Positions 18,172 through 43,319 of a stretch of 64,000 nucleotides of DNA are shown piece after piece. The position numbers and the translations under genes are program-made. How positions within the stretch are numbered: the first letter of the stretch is position 1; each line of letters begins with the position of its first letter. Under the pieces are notes generated by a model that searched no databases, was not told the origin of the DNA, and saw only the letters and a list, made by a program, of their open reading frames with translations. Origin of the DNA: the human T2T-CHM13v2.0 reference genome, Homo sapiens; the NCBI RefSeq assembly GCF_009914755.1, contig NC_060929.1; one strand, given 5' to 3'.

Positions 18172-21100
18172 CAGCCTGATCATAGCTCGGAGCGTAGAGG
18201 TTCTGGTAAGTTCCTTGCCCTAAAGAACACTTAGTTCATTCTGGCTCCTTTCCTGGTGACCATCCTGGCTTCCTGCTTGGCCTTCACCTCACCTTGAGAA
18301 ATTCAAGTTTCATGTTCTTGTCCAGGCCAAAGACCCAGAAGAACCTTCAAGGTGAGGCTTGGCCCCTTAGATCCACGCCGTGATTTCGCTTCTTTTTCCT
18401 GAAGCCTGCACAGATGCCAGTGTAAGCCCACTCCCAGGAAGTCACAGCAGTGGTCTATGCTCCTCCTCTTCACACTGGCCAGTGCTGGGCATGCCTGGAC
18501 AATCAGCCCTGGAATGGCTGCTCTCAGCCTACAGAAGAAGAGAGGGAAGAGGGATGGAGGGGCTGGGGAGAAGTTGGTGAGAGGACACAAAATTTGGGTT
18601 AGACAGAGAAATAAAGTTTTTTTTGTTTTTTGTTTTTTTCTGAGATGGAGTTTCACTCTGTCACCCAGGCTGGAGTGCAGTGGTGTGATCTCAGCTCACT
18701 GCAACCTCCACCTCCCACTTGGCTTCCCAAAGTGCTGCGATTACAGGCATGAGCCACCGCTCCCCAGCCTCCTCATGGGATTTTTGAGGATGACATAAAG
18801 GAATACATTTAAACTGCCTAGAAGGGTGCTTGGCCCAGAGTATGTGCTAATTAACGTTGGCTACTATTATTTTCCTTCAACCCAGTGCCGGTGCAGGTCT
18901 AGAGGAAAGCATGAGGTGATACAGGGGCACCCAGAGGCGGAGTGCTCCCAGGAGCTGAGGGGCATCGGAGGCTTCCCTGGAGGACTGGCACCTGAGCAGA
19001 GGAATGGGCAGCACAGTGGCAGTGCCACGTGTGCGGCACAGATGGTGCAGAGGGGATGGGTGGGCACACTGCGGGGAGTTTAGATTTAGCCAGGGGATGG
19101 CAGGGCCTGTCCAGGAGGTTAAGTGAGGAGCTCAGGTGTGCCTCCCAGCAGGCAGGGGAGGCTAATTTTGAAGAAGAGCAAAGTAGGTGCAGGAGGTGAG
19201 TTGGGATCTCATGAAGTAATTCAGGCCAGAAGTGACAAGGGCCTGAACTATGGCGCTAGGGTTGAGGAGGAAGGAACAGAGAGTGAGGAGATACAACCTG
19301 GCAACTGATTGCATGAGAGAGAGAGAGGGGCCAGGAATAGCATCATACTCAGGTTTCTGGCCATGCAGTTGGGTGAATGAGGGTATTGCTGTTGACTGGA
19401 GCAGCAAAAAAAGGGGATCCCCTCTGGGGTAGAGGAAGAAGGGAGCAGGGGATTGGAAAATGCCAAAATCAGTTTGCTGTGGTTTGGAATCTGAGACTCT
19501 GATGTGTTACCTAAGTGGAGATGTCCTGTGGTCAGTTTATTTATACTCTCCTGGGTCCTAGGTAGGATTTAAGGTGACATATGAAGATAACACAAAGTAG
19601 AGTAAGATATTATAAATTAAGTAGGAGAGAAAGCAGACAGAAAAGAACGAGATGTAAAGTAGAGGAAGGAATGAGGTTAAATATAAAGTACACAGCAGAA
19701 AGCAGAAGTCACAAGCTGGCCAGCATTCGCTGAATTTCCTGTTTGAGTTGTCCTGCAGTCTTATGTTTGTCTGTTGGGTTTTGGTGGGTTTTGTTTGTTT
19801 GTCTTGAGTTGCAGTCTTAAAATCCAGGAATTCTTAAAAATTAAAATTTCTCACTTTTTCTTTTAAAAAAAAAAAAAGTGAAGTTCTGGGAGCTCTGAGC
19901 CATATCCCATCTGGCAACGATGATCTGGGTCTGAGAAGCAGTCTCGCCTTCTTGGGAGAGCACGGGCTCTCCAATTTCCCACTGGCCTCCACTCCACTTG
20001 GCTGTCTGGCACTGAAGCAGTGTCGGTCCTCTTATCAGCATGGACTATTTCTCTGAACTCACCCTTCTATCAAATGTAATAAAAAAAATTAGTCAAGATA
20101 TTTTTTTTTTCTTAGTCTCAATTTTGCCTGTTTACACTAGCAGCCTGGCCGTGGAAGCAGGCTGATGCTCCCTGTTCACAACTGCTTTTCATTCTGCTTA
20201 GTGCCTCTGTTGTATCTGTTGTTAAATAGTTTGGGCTGGGTGTAATGGCTCACACCTGTAACCCCAGTACTTTGGGAAGCTGAGGTGGGTGGATTGCTTG
20301 AGGCCAAAGTTTGAGAATAGCCTGGCCAACATGGTGAAAACCCATCTCTACTAAAATACAAAAAAATAGCCAGGAATGGTGGTGCACACCTGTAATCCCA
20401 GCTACTCAGGAGGCTAAGGCACAAGAATTGCTTAAACCCAGGAGGCGGAGGTTGCAGTGAGCTGAGATCCCGCTACTGCACTGCACTCCAGCCTGGGTGA
20501 CAGAGTGAGACTCTGTCTCAAAAAACAAACAAACAAACAAAAAACAGCAAAGTTTGAACATGACCCGGCTGTAGGTATTTGAGTTTGCAGCATGTGGTAA
20601 AATCAAGTATTCGGCCTAGGTGGCTCATGAACTTGATTCTAGGCTTTCTAGCAGCCAAAGAAAAAGAGGATACATTATCTGTCTTATCCTATCTTATCAG
20701 CTGGGCTATTCATAGTATCCATGGGATGACTGCTTAGGCAAGTCAGGACTCTTCTCAACACAAGAACCAGAGCAACATTTTTCCCCTGAGAGTCTTCATA
20801 GAGAGGGAATGAAAAGTTCAAACAACATTCATCCCAGAGTCGATTCAAGTCTAAGGCTGATGATTCTAGCAGCTTCAAGCAGCATTTCCCTTGAAGCACA
20901 GCTGCTTAAACAATTCTAGGAGGGGCCAATGTGATACAGTTCAGACACCTAATTTTCTACTGATCTGGCTATATTAATTTCAGAAACTTTAGAAAAATCT
21001 AGAGAAATGCCTGGACTCCCTCCAAATAATCCTCCATAGATGGTCTGAGGATGTGATGCCTGGAATTGCAGCAGTCATCTTGTGACTGTGCGGGGACAAG

Positions 21101-21263
21101 TCAGAGATGAGAGCTGGCACACAGAAGATAGGGAAGAAGAAAGATAGATCTTGGGCCCTTGATAGCATTGACAAAACACTGAAACAACCAACTTTTATAG
21201 TAAGAGATAGCAAATTACCTTATTAAGCTTGAACTACTTTTATTTGCTTATTCTATTACTTGC

Positions 21264-24375
<3,112 letters not shown>

Positions 24376-24816
24376 CTTGCTGACAAAAGTATTGTAACTA
24401 GTATAGCCATAACAAATTCAAGTCCAAAGAAAGAGAACCGGAAGCCACAAACAATTTAATTTTTTCGGAAGAGTTTAAGTATAAAAGCAAGATAGGCAAT
24501 AGCTGGCTATGAAAAACACTGGCATGTTGCAAGAAGTTTTAAGTCTATGTTCCAGGTGAGTGGAAATAAAATTGTACTGATACGACTCTCAGGGGCCTTG
24601 GGTTAGGATTGGGGAAGTAGAGTTGAAAATTGAAATAATTTAATTTATAGGTAAAACCATCACAGTAGATGAAATTGCCTAGGTTGACTATGTAGAGCTC
24701 TGGAGAAGGCTCACATCCAAAGGGCAGTTCTTAAAAGATAAGGCTGTGGCTTAGTAAAGAACATGAAGGAAGAAGAATTAGAGAACTTGGAGGAAATCCA
24801 GCACAGTGAAAGGTCA

Positions 24817-25116
<300 letters not shown>

Positions 25117-26050
25117 TCACAGAAACCAAGTGAATAGAGGCTTTTAGAAAGGTAGGAATAGGGAACAGTATAAAATACAGCCCAGTAATATGAGGATGCA
25201 CATATCAAGTGATACCCGTGCTTCCATATATATACTCTCTGAGATGGCATTTTGTCAGAACTGTCTTGGGTAGGATTTGCCCCCACCTCCCGTCCTGCCC
25301 CCATTTTTTTTTTTTTTTTTTGGAGATGGAGTCTTGCTCCGCCACCCAGACTGGGGTGCAGTGATGAGATCTTAGCTCACTGCAAACTCCACCTCCCGGT
25401 TCAAGCAATTCTCATGCCTCAGCCACCTGAGTAGTTGGAACTACCGGCATGTGCCACTATCCCCAGCTAATTTTTGTATTTTTTTAGGAGAGACGGGGTT
25501 TTGCCATGTTGGCCAGGCTGATCTTGAACTCCTGACCTCTAGTGATCTGCCTGCCTTGGTCTCCCAAGGTGCTGGGATTACAGGTATGAGCCACCGTACC
25601 CAGCCCTATTCTTGTTTTAATAACCAAAGCTGCAGTCTTCTACAAGAAATTTCTTACCCAAGAGTTTTTAGAAGTAATTAATAAGTTTATAATAAAATGT
25701 AACTCCATGAGCTACTAGGAACTTCTTTCTTATTTGGTATTAACTACCGTTTTCCTTAGCTAACTTAAAAAGTGGCTTCTGGGAAGTTTTTATTTAAACA
25801 GAAGTGATAAAGCCTGTACTTGCTAAAAGATGGGACTGCCAGAACCAGTTTTGCTTTGTCAGTTATCTTTTGATATAAGGTATAAGGCAGGGAGCCCCTC
25901 TCCTGAGGCTATCAAAATGAGGTTCCAGAAGTGTGTGAGAGTGCAAGGGATTCCACCACACTCATTTCAGGCTTCTGCCATCTTCTCTTGCCAGTCCAGT
26001 CATGGCACCAACTGGCTTAGGGAACATGTCAAGAATGAGATGATGGGCTA

Positions 26051-26368
<318 letters not shown>

Positions 26369-28819
26369 TTAAGTCCAGCGTGCCCATCATCCATTGTCCT
26401 GCCTGGACGATGACAAGTAGGGTGGGGGCTAATTGTTACACAGTCTAAAACACAAAGTCTTCACAATTAGCTTCTAAACTTTTATTTCACAATGATAAAT
26501 TATGTTTATAAATGATTAAGATTGGGAGTTTTTCAATTCACATCCCTATAGAGAGATGATACAAAAGAAACACTGTAACTTCCAAAGAGAAATATCTTAA
26601 CTTGGTGGATACACAGACTATAAAATAATCTGAGGCCCTGCTGGATGGCTCAGGCCTGTAATCCCAGCACTTTGGGAGGCCCAGGCAGGCAGATCATTTG
26701 AGGTCAGGAGTTTGAGACCAGCTTGGCCAACATGGTGAAGTGTTGTCTCTACTAAAAATACAAAAAAAATTAGCCAGGCATGAGAGTGCACGCCTGTAAT
26801 CCCAGCTACTCAGTAGGCTGAGGCACGAGAATCTCTTGAACCCAGTAGGCGGAGGTTCCAGTAAGCTGAGATAGCACCACTGCACTCCAGCCTGGGTGAA
26901 AGAGCGAGACAGTGTCTCAAAATAATAATAATGATGATGATAATCTGAAAGATTATTAAATTATAGCCAGAGAGTTTGCATTGGCTGGAGAGATGTAAAT
27001 ATTAGAACATATGATGCTCATATAATTAGGAGTGAAATCAAGATAGGAGGAATATATCCTTATTACAGGAACTTTGGAACCCAGTGTTGACTAAGATTAG
27101 GATTCGGAGCTGCTTTCACCACCACACAACTATGTCTGAACTGCTGAGAAAAGAAGGAGTTAGCACATTGAAAACAAGAGAATGCTCTTTCTAGAATCGA
27201 GGTCTTTTGGAGACAGGTAGTATTAAAGCTCCCAAGAAAAGCAAATAATGCAGGATCTTTACCCTCAGGACCGCATCCAGCTCTGTTTAAAGTGAGAAGC
27301 CTCGGCCGGGGGCAGTGGCTCACGTCTGTAATCCCAGCACTTTGGGAGGCTGAGGTGGGCAGATCACCTGAGGTCAGGAGTTTGAGACCAGCCTGGCCAA
27401 CATGATGAAACCCCATCTCTACTCAAAATACAAAAAATTAGCTGGGCGTGGTGGCGGGCGCCTGTAATCCCAGCTACTTGGAAGGCTGAGGCAGAAGAAT
27501 CGCTTGAACCCGGAAGTGGAGGTTGTAGTGGGCCAAGATTGCGCCACTGCACTACAGCCAGGGCAACAGAGCCAAAAAAAAAAAAAAAAAAAAAAAAAAA
27601 AGAAATAAGAAAATGAGAAGCCTTCATCACAGGGAGGCGAACTCCCAACTCCAGGGAAACCATCTGTCTAGAATGATGCAACCACAATTAGCCTCTGCAA
27701 CTCTGGGACTTTGAGTAAATTGGGTTTGTAACCTAACCCAAAACTGGCAAATCCAGTCTTTTAAGGCTAATTCTTTGTGGAGAATCTGCTGGTTTTCTGG
27801 ATCAAGGGCAGGGCACTCTGGAGATTCAACCAGCTTGGCAGAAATCAGTCTTGAATGAGGTATATCAGACAGGGCTCTTAATTGCCGGCAATAAAAGTTG
27901 ACTCTAGATGCTGAGGCAGAGAAAGAACTCTGGGTGGCTCACAGAACTCTTTTGAGAGCTTCAGGTGAATCTTCCAGGAATGATGTCCAAAACCACAGAA
28001 CAGAATTGGCCAGATGAGAAGACCGCTCCCATTGTGGCCACCAAGCACCGAGGCTCTGCTTGACTCTGCAGCCATTGCCACTGTAGCCAGTATAGATGCT
28101 ACATCGACTCCAGCAACTTTCACCTCATCTGTGGCAGAAAACAGAGGGAAAATATGGGCTTGCATCACAGATCAAATTTCAAAGACAGAAAACTTTTAGA
28201 GTTGCCATTTATGAAGGGAGCTATAGATAGAGTGAGGAGCAACTTTTCTCCTGGAGACTCTGAGATGGCCCGACCCTCTCAGCTGCTCAAGAGGGGCTGA
28301 TGGGAGGCTTTTGGAGTTCTATGTTGCAAATCACAGAAACAGACTCATGACAAGTAAGCCCTAATTATTTTCAGTGAATTATGGAAATAATCAGATATGC
28401 TCCAAGCAGACATTGCTCAGCTGATGCTGAGGAGGGACAGGGTAATGCTTTGTGATGTGAGGTGATGCTTCGGAATCAGAAACAATGATTTTTGTTTAAA
28501 CTGTGATAAGTTAAAAGCCTATTATTAATTCTGTTAAGATATTCAAGGAGGTCATTTGCAGAAAACTCATTGTTACTTCCCATAAATTTTCATTTCCTTG
28601 ATTGTAATAAAAGGTGCTATACAAAATAGGAAACAGCGCCTTCTCCTGTAAGAGCATGACATGTGTGCTTTTTGAGAGGCCACGCATGATTTCATTACAT
28701 ATTAATTTCTGGAACATTCTAATAGAAGAAACGTATCTATTTACATTGCACTATTTTTCTGAAGAGTCATGTAAAAAGGATTCCAAACTTTTAAATAACA
28801 AGCTATATTAGGATCTATT

Positions 28820-29556
<737 letters not shown>

Positions 29557-29937
29557 TGAGGTTCAGATCAAGATTCATCTACTTCATTTGGCTCAAGAAT
29601 AAATTTGGGAAATAAATAAGCATTCATGTTATACTTCTTAGTCATCAGTATAAATAACGCATTTTCACTCCCTATTTTCAGAGAAAGAATCTTCTTAGCT
29701 GTCTTCTCCAGTATCTTATTTCAATGTTTAACAGCCTTCATGGTTAGGGATTTTTTTTTCCTTTAACATTGTTTAAGTTATTCACCTTCATCTGACTGCA
29801 GCAGTGACACAAAGAAGTTTCGTATTTCTCCTCTGTCATTAATCCTCCATGTATTCAATGCCATGAAATTACTTCTCTTCTTCTGGTGAAATAATTCCAG
29901 TTTTGTTACCTTTTTTTCTCATGCTGGCAGGGATAAG

Positions 29938-29939
<2 letters not shown>

Positions 29940-29975
<36 letters not shown>
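29940..29975. repeat. (GT)18 microsatellite
   Basis: Perfect dinucleotide run read directly. Confidence 0.97.
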
Positions 29976-29978
<3 letters not shown>

Positions 29979-30045
29979 CTTTATTAGGTAGAATTTCAAA
30001 TATATAGAAAAGTAGAGTAGCCTAATGAACTCCCATGTACCCAGC

Positions 30046-30874
<829 letters not shown>

Positions 30875-31294
30875 ATAGGCAACACCATTTAAAGAAGAGA
30901 GAACACTTTCTGTAGTTCCTGGAGTAGAGAGACATCTGACTTTCCTGGCAGAAATGTGGGGTGAATTATCTAAACCTGTTTTTCTGGACGGTAGGGGCCA
31001 GGAGGAAAAGAGTATAGTCAAGGCTCTCCTTGAACTTCCTCCAGGGACCTTTGACCTCTACTTCATTGTCTGAATTGTTTTGCTGGAGGAGGTAAAACAT
31101 GCACACCAGTGTGCACACACACAAGCACTCACTCACACAGTGGTCCTTAACACACTTTAGAATCAAAAAATTGTTTAAAGGAAAGGGAACTTCAAGGTCA
31201 TTTAGCCCAAGGTTGTCATTTTACGCTTGTGAAAAAGGAGGCCCATTTATATCACATAACTTACGGTTGGTTAGCACTTAATAATAACCTGTAA

Positions 31295-31562
<268 letters not shown>

Positions 31563-31930
31563 TAGCCAGGATGGTCTCCATCTCCTGACCTTGTGATCCG
31601 CCCACCTTGGCCTCCCAAAGTACTGGGATTACAGGTGTGAGCCACTGCGCCCGGCCAATTATATTATCTCTTGAAGGCTCCAGCACAGGGCAAATGGTTG
31701 CCCTAAGTATGTGAAAGAAGCCTTATAAACTGGAAACTTAAATCTAGAATTTTATATGCTAAATCTTTATTCAACATTATACCTTAAAAGACAGTGCTTA
31801 ATATGGAGATAGGTTACAATTTTAAATACTGTATTATTACAATTAATGTTTTAACTGAAAATGCAATTTGTCAGCAGCATTAAAGAATTTCTAAATCCTC
31901 CGTAATTCTATTAAACAATGAATAAAACTA

Positions 31931-34667
<2,737 letters not shown>

Positions 34668-35467
34668 TTTCATTTTCCCTCTTTAGGTACACAACATTTA
34701 TCCATTACAGCATATGTATAATTTCTACTTTGTTAGTTTCACTTACCATTTTCCTGAAATTTTTTTTGCATTTTTGTAGTCTTTATAATTCTAATTTTAA
34801 ATGGCTGCATGATTTTATCTTTTGTCAGACAAGCATGGGTCTGAGTCTCAGCTCTGCTACGACATAGTTGTGCGATTCTAGGAAAGCTTCTTTCTTTCCT
34901 TTTAAAAATAGCTTTGAGTTATAATTGACACACAATAAACTGCACGTATTTAAAATACACACTTTGGTAAGTTTGACATCTGTATACACCAGTGACACCA
35001 TCACCACAGTCAAGATAATAAACATACTCACCACCCTCAAAAGTGTCCACCCTTCTGAGGTCCGTCCCTCCCACTGAGATTCCTCATGCTGTTGCTAGGA
35101 AAATGATAGAACATTTGAATCTGGTTACATAAAAAGACAAAAACTGGAGAGTTTAGGAGGAAGCAACTTAGCCTCCTGTATGACTGTAGTCTTGGCCCCA
35201 GGGCAGTTCCTGGCTCAGACACTCTGGGGGTATCCTCAGTCTAAGGAGGGTGTCTGCCTGCCCGGTTGACAGGATGCCTCTTCTTCACATACGTCTTGTC
35301 TTTCAGAGTCCATGACCAATGCCTCACTTACAAATATCTTTTCTCCTTTTGCTCCCACCTTTGTGGATATTTACCAGTTTTTTTTCTCTAAAATCATCCT
35401 TACTTTTTTTTTTTCTTTTTTTTTTTTTGAGGTGGGGTCTCACTCTGTCTCCCAGGCTGGAGTATAG

Positions 35468-35731
<264 letters not shown>

Positions 35732-36419
35732 TGATCATTTCTCCCATTCTTTGCACACTATCTCAGACCTTTACGCCCTAAGGGCTATGACTCATACCAA
35801 AATTGCAAAGTGCAATGGAAATAATTAATAGAGCAAGCAAGGTGCATAGGATAACCCTCTGTGCTATCAACAGGTGTGTCTCCCCCTCCTGGGATTTCAT
35901 GTCACCCGTAAATTTGTGTCTCTAGCCTGACAGATTCTTTTTGAGCCTTTTGACATTGCCTTTGTTTCTGAAAGTCTCCTGGAGGGCAGGGGCTGAGGCT
36001 GGGTTATATAAAGATAAGCCCCTGAAGAAAGGGCTTTATAAATAGGATTTCAAGTGCATTCTGGGAATTAGAGGGCTGCCAGGTGCAGTCCTGGAGATTG
36101 ACACTAAGGGGCAGCATGTACCAAAGGATATATTTAGCTCTGCCAAAGCCCAGTAGAAACAAAGAGAAAATCACCTTGCTTTTAAACCCCAAGAGCCAAG
36201 ATGTAGAAGCCACATTTTCATCTCTTGAATCAAATTACAGCATTACAATTTTCAATATCTATTCTATTAGGAGTTTTACCTGCCAACTGAGTTCTCCGAG
36301 TAAATTATTTTATGGTTAAATATGATATAAATATAATACTGTTGAGACCCATATACTCTGTAAGATTTACTGATTTTAGTGCATCTATAACTTCAACAAC
36401 TTAATTTGGAATTAAATAA

Positions 36420-36827
<408 letters not shown>

Positions 36828-37931
36828 TAAAGGCAATCAAATAATTATTTGGCAGTTAAACTAGACAAGGCCAACTCTTGGGGAATCTTATGTTTCCCTC
36901 TCTGATTGATTTGTTTATGAATTCATCCATCAGTGAGGATTTCTGAGCACTTCCATATGCCTGTCCCTGTGCTAAATGCTGTGGAATGCATAGATGAACC
37001 AGATATCAACCCTGACATCAAGGAACTCATTCAAAGTGTGGAGGGTGGGGAACATACGGCAGACAAAAAAAAACGTGATGTTGGGAATGTATGGTAAGTG
37101 CAATGATGAGAAAAACAAACATAAGGTAGGAAATAGGAGAGGACAGAGAAGGCACCTATCAGAGATGGGGGGATGTGGGGTGGGTAGTTGGGAAGAGTGC
37201 AGGAAAATGTCCAAGAGGAGATGACATTTGAACTGATCTTAAAGGAGCAGATGGAATTAGCTTTCCACACAGTGTGCTCAGAACCTGCAAAGGCATGGAA
37301 GAATGGGAGCTCCCAACACCATGGTCAGTTTGCAGGCAGGGCCAACCCTTTGAATGGCCAGGAGCGTGGGTGTTGATTTGTGATTTAGATCAGCTTCTCT
37401 GACAGCAGAATAGACGTGAGAATGGAGGGGCATGGTAGAAAGTAGAAAGAGCAGTAAGGAAGCCACTGCAGTAATAGGGACCAAAAATTAAAAGGCCCCA
37501 AAGGTGGTGAAGAATGGAGAGAAGTGGACCAGTTTAGCTGGTATTTAAGAATTGTGGCTGGGTGCAGTGGCTCACACCTGTAATCCCGGCACTTTGGGAG
37601 GCTGAGGCAGGTGGATCACTTGAGGCCAGGAGTTCAAGACCAGCCTAGCCAACATGGTGAAACCCCATCTATACTAAAAACACACAAAATAATTAGCCCA
37701 GCGTGGCGGTGCCCACTTGTAATCCCAGCTACTCAGGAGGCTGAGGAAGGAGAATTGCTTGAACCCAGGAGGCAGAGGTTGCAGTGAGCTGAGATCCTGT
37801 CACTGCACTTCAGCCTGGGTGACAGACTAAGACTCCGTCTCAAAAAAAAAAAAAAATTGTGACAGAAGCTGGTGTGACCAAGGAACTGGATGTTTGAGAT
37901 GACTGAGGGGATGAGTTTTGCTTAGGTCCCG

Positions 37932-38448
37932 TGAGATAAAGTAGAAAACGTAAAAAGACGTATTTACTCATTTCTGCTTGCCAGTGTAATTTCACAAGCC
38001 CCTGACTCTGTGTAGACACCCAGCTCTCCAGAAAAATGCTTTGAAGACAAAGGATACAGCATACAGTCCCGTGTCTCGGCTGAGTCATCGCATTCCTTAA
38101 TAGGTAAATAAGCCTAATTAATGCCTTTTCCTATAGGTAACATAATGTCTGATGGGGTTAGGGATGATGCCTCTGTAATCTATACCAGATGTACTCTTAT
38201 ACACAAACCTTGATGTGATTCTGCTTTAATGTAACTTCTGCAAGTTTGATGTGACTTTGCATGTAGTGAACCCCCAAGGCCTGTGTAGAAGCTGCGGGTG
38301 GAGCTACCTTGCTGGAGCAGTCTCACAGAACCCCTCTGAAGGGCTGCTCCCAGGATGTAGACCTTGGTCTATAGTCCTCAGTAAGATTCCTGAGTAAAAC
38401 TAGTTTTAACTTTCTAAAAGCTTGATTTTTTTTTTTCTTTAGTGGACA
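37932..38448 (+). mobile_element. ERV solo LTR (family uncertain) inserted into an L2 relic
   Basis: TGAGATAAAG...AGTGGACA termini with near-TSD tcccg/gtccg. AGTAAA variant poly(A) signal near 38393. L2-like sequence continues on both sides. Confidence 0.75.
37985..38103 (+). other. S100Z: Probable S100Z non-coding exon 2 (119 nt), LTR-derived
   Basis: Acceptor tactcatttctgcttgcCAG| (37984) and donor TAG|GTAAAT (38103/38104). The size agrees with my recollection of the S100Z 5' UTR structure. Confidence 0.65.
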
Positions 38449-38789
38449 GTCCGAATTGAGTTTGAAAAGCTTGTGGGACATTCAGGTAGAGATGTGGTCC
38501 AGCAGGCTGTTGGATAGATGGTTCTGGAGCTTAGCAGACAGATCTGGGCCAAGAAATATAATCTTGGGAGAGACTGAAATTATAGGAGTAGCTGAGACCA
38601 CAGTGGGAACAACATTTAAGAGCTGGAGAGGGGAAAGTGCTTTAAAAAATGAGGAGGAGGCTGGGCACGCTGGCTCACATCTATAATCCCAGCATTTTGG
38701 GAGGCTGGGGTGGGAGGATTGCTTGAGGCCAGAAGTTTGGGACCAGCGTGGGCAACATAGCAAGACTCCATTTCTACAAAGAAAAAAAT

Positions 38790-40200
<1,411 letters not shown>

Positions 40201-40373
40201 CAATGTAAGGTGGCTAAAGCCTGTAATCCCAGCACTTTGGGAGGCCAAGGCAGGAGGATCACTTGAGGCCAGGAGTTTGACACCAGCCTGGGAAACATAG
40301 GGAGACCCCATATCTACAAAAATAAAAAAATTAGTCAGGCATGATAACATGTGCCTGTTGTCCCAGCTACTCA

Positions 40374-40878
<505 letters not shown>

Positions 40879-41120
40879 TTAGACTAATGGGGAAAATGCA
40901 GCATAGATGCTAATTGACCAGCACAGGATCACACAACTAGTGGCAGAGGTGAGAGGTAAAGCCAGGCAGTTCATGCTTTTAGCCACCATGATACTGCCTC
41001 CCACACAGGAAAAATTTACAAAGGGTAATTACTAGGGTAGGGAATGGTGAGAGAGAATTTTACTATTTCATACTCCTAAGTATTCAAAATATTATTTTAC
41101 CTATATTACTTTGACAATAA

Positions 41121-41397
<277 letters not shown>

Positions 41398-42379
41398 TGA
41401 GCCACTGTGCCCAGCCTGAATATGTTTGAAAATTTTGTGTTAGGTGTACAGTGAACACCTCCTGGGAACCTTGCAGGGAGGTTGCAGTGGAGTAGCCAGG
41501 CAGCAAGGCCAGGGGCAGATGGGATGGTTGAGGTTACATACTGACTACTTTGTTGAAGGGAAATAAAAAGGAGATCCTGGCTTGCTTTCCGTATAATTAA
41601 GTTTCAGTCCTGAGAGAACAGGCAGGATTTAAAAGCACAGTGGCCAATATCTGGCTTTGGTTTTTACATGGACTCTTTCTTTATTAAGTTTCTCTCACTT
41701 GGAAATCTGTTGTGGATTCCTGCACACACAGCTGCTCTGAGGTTTATTTCAACTTTTTTATTAGGTAATACATTCCTATAACTGAAAAAGTTAAAATCAC
41801 TTAAAAAGGTGTACACTGGGAAGTCTTACTCCCAACCACTCTGTTCTACCCTTTCCCCCCTTACCCCTGACAGCTCCCAACATAGTATTATATTTTGTTT
41901 CCTTTCAGTGACTCCTTAGGTAACTGCAAGCACACATACACATGTATTATTTCTTTTTTACACAGTTGGGAGCACTGCTTTGTACCTTTCTAAATCAGTG
42001 CGTGGAGCACTTCCTCTTTTTTTTTTTTTTTCAACTGTCCTTTGGGTTAGTTTAATCTACTATGAATTTACTCCCTTGTCCTTGCTATTGGCTTTGCTGA
42101 GTCATCTCCAGGTTGGAACTAGTGTTTCTTCTTTGCTCCCCTATTTTTAGAGTTCTTCCCCATCATCAGCTTCCTAGCAACTAATTGCATTTCTATCCAC
42201 ACTCCCCTAAAGAGAGATAAGGCTTCCTCTTGCTTTGTCTTTGCCTTCTTATCTAATGCACCCAATGAGCACTAGCCTTCTTCAATGACCCTTGGGGCAG
42301 CAGCTCACACCTGTTCATTTTGGTGATTAAATACGGAGCAGAGGCACCTCCCTTTGAATCTCTTGTCACTGGCAATTTT

Positions 42380-42491
42380 CATCTTCCCGGAAACAGGTGT
42401 GCTGGGGAGAACGTTTCCCCCTCCCCCACGTATAAATGCTTATAGTTTAATGGTAAACAACCATTGACAGAGCTGTGTATCTGTTGAACAG
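42380..42491 (+). promoter_or_regulatory. Candidate proximal S100Z promoter and ~29-nt first exon
   Basis: GAS TTCCCGGAA at 42384-42392, TATAAAT at 42431-42437, Inr-like CCATT with its A at 42463, donor CAG|GTAGGT at 42491/42492. Confidence 0.45.
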
Positions 42492-42689
42492 GTAGGTATT
42501 TTCCTTCCTATTTTTATTTATTTTTAAATTCTATATTTTAGTTTGACTTTGTACCTGTTACCTGGTTGTCTTATGAATATGCTGGAGCTGCTACCTCTTG
42601 GGGGTGTAGGGATTAGCGAGGAGAAACAACTCAGCTGCGAAGTGCTTATTTGCAGCTTGCCCCAGCAAGGGTGGAACACTCTTTAATGA

Positions 42690-43008
<319 letters not shown>

Positions 43009-43178
43009 CAGACTATTATGTTTTTAACAACCATCACTTGTGTGGCGAGCTGACTCGGGGGATTGTAATATTCTGTTTTAATGAAAGTGTTGGTGTTTCC
43101 TCATCTGTTTATTCTGAACAAGTGTCTTCTCCCCGGGTTTGGTGGCCTGCTTCTGGAGTGGTCAGTTCTGCTGCCGAC

Positions 43179-43319
43179 ATGCCCACCCAGCTCGAGATGG
43201 CCATGGACACCATGATTAGAATCTTCCACCGCTATTCTGGCAAGGAAAGGAAGAGATTCAAGCTCAGCAAGGGGGAACTGAAACTGCTCCTGCAGCGAGA
43301 GCTCACGGAATTCCTCTCG
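43179..43319 (+). CDS. S100Z: S100Z coding exon A (aa 1-47, S100 pseudo EF-hand); the exon starts at 43123
   Basis: GCCGACATG Kozak context. Encodes MPTQLEMAMDTMIRIFHRYSGKERKRFKLSKGELKLLLQRELTEFLS. Phase-0 donor TCG|GTGAGT; acceptor AG at 43121-43122. Confidence 0.97.

Noticed and set aside
27878-28199. Ala/Val/Thr-rich ORFs as a possible pseudogene
   Set aside because: No recognisable homology, poly(A) tail or TSD; more likely an ancient repeat relic. A tBLASTn/Dfam search would settle it.
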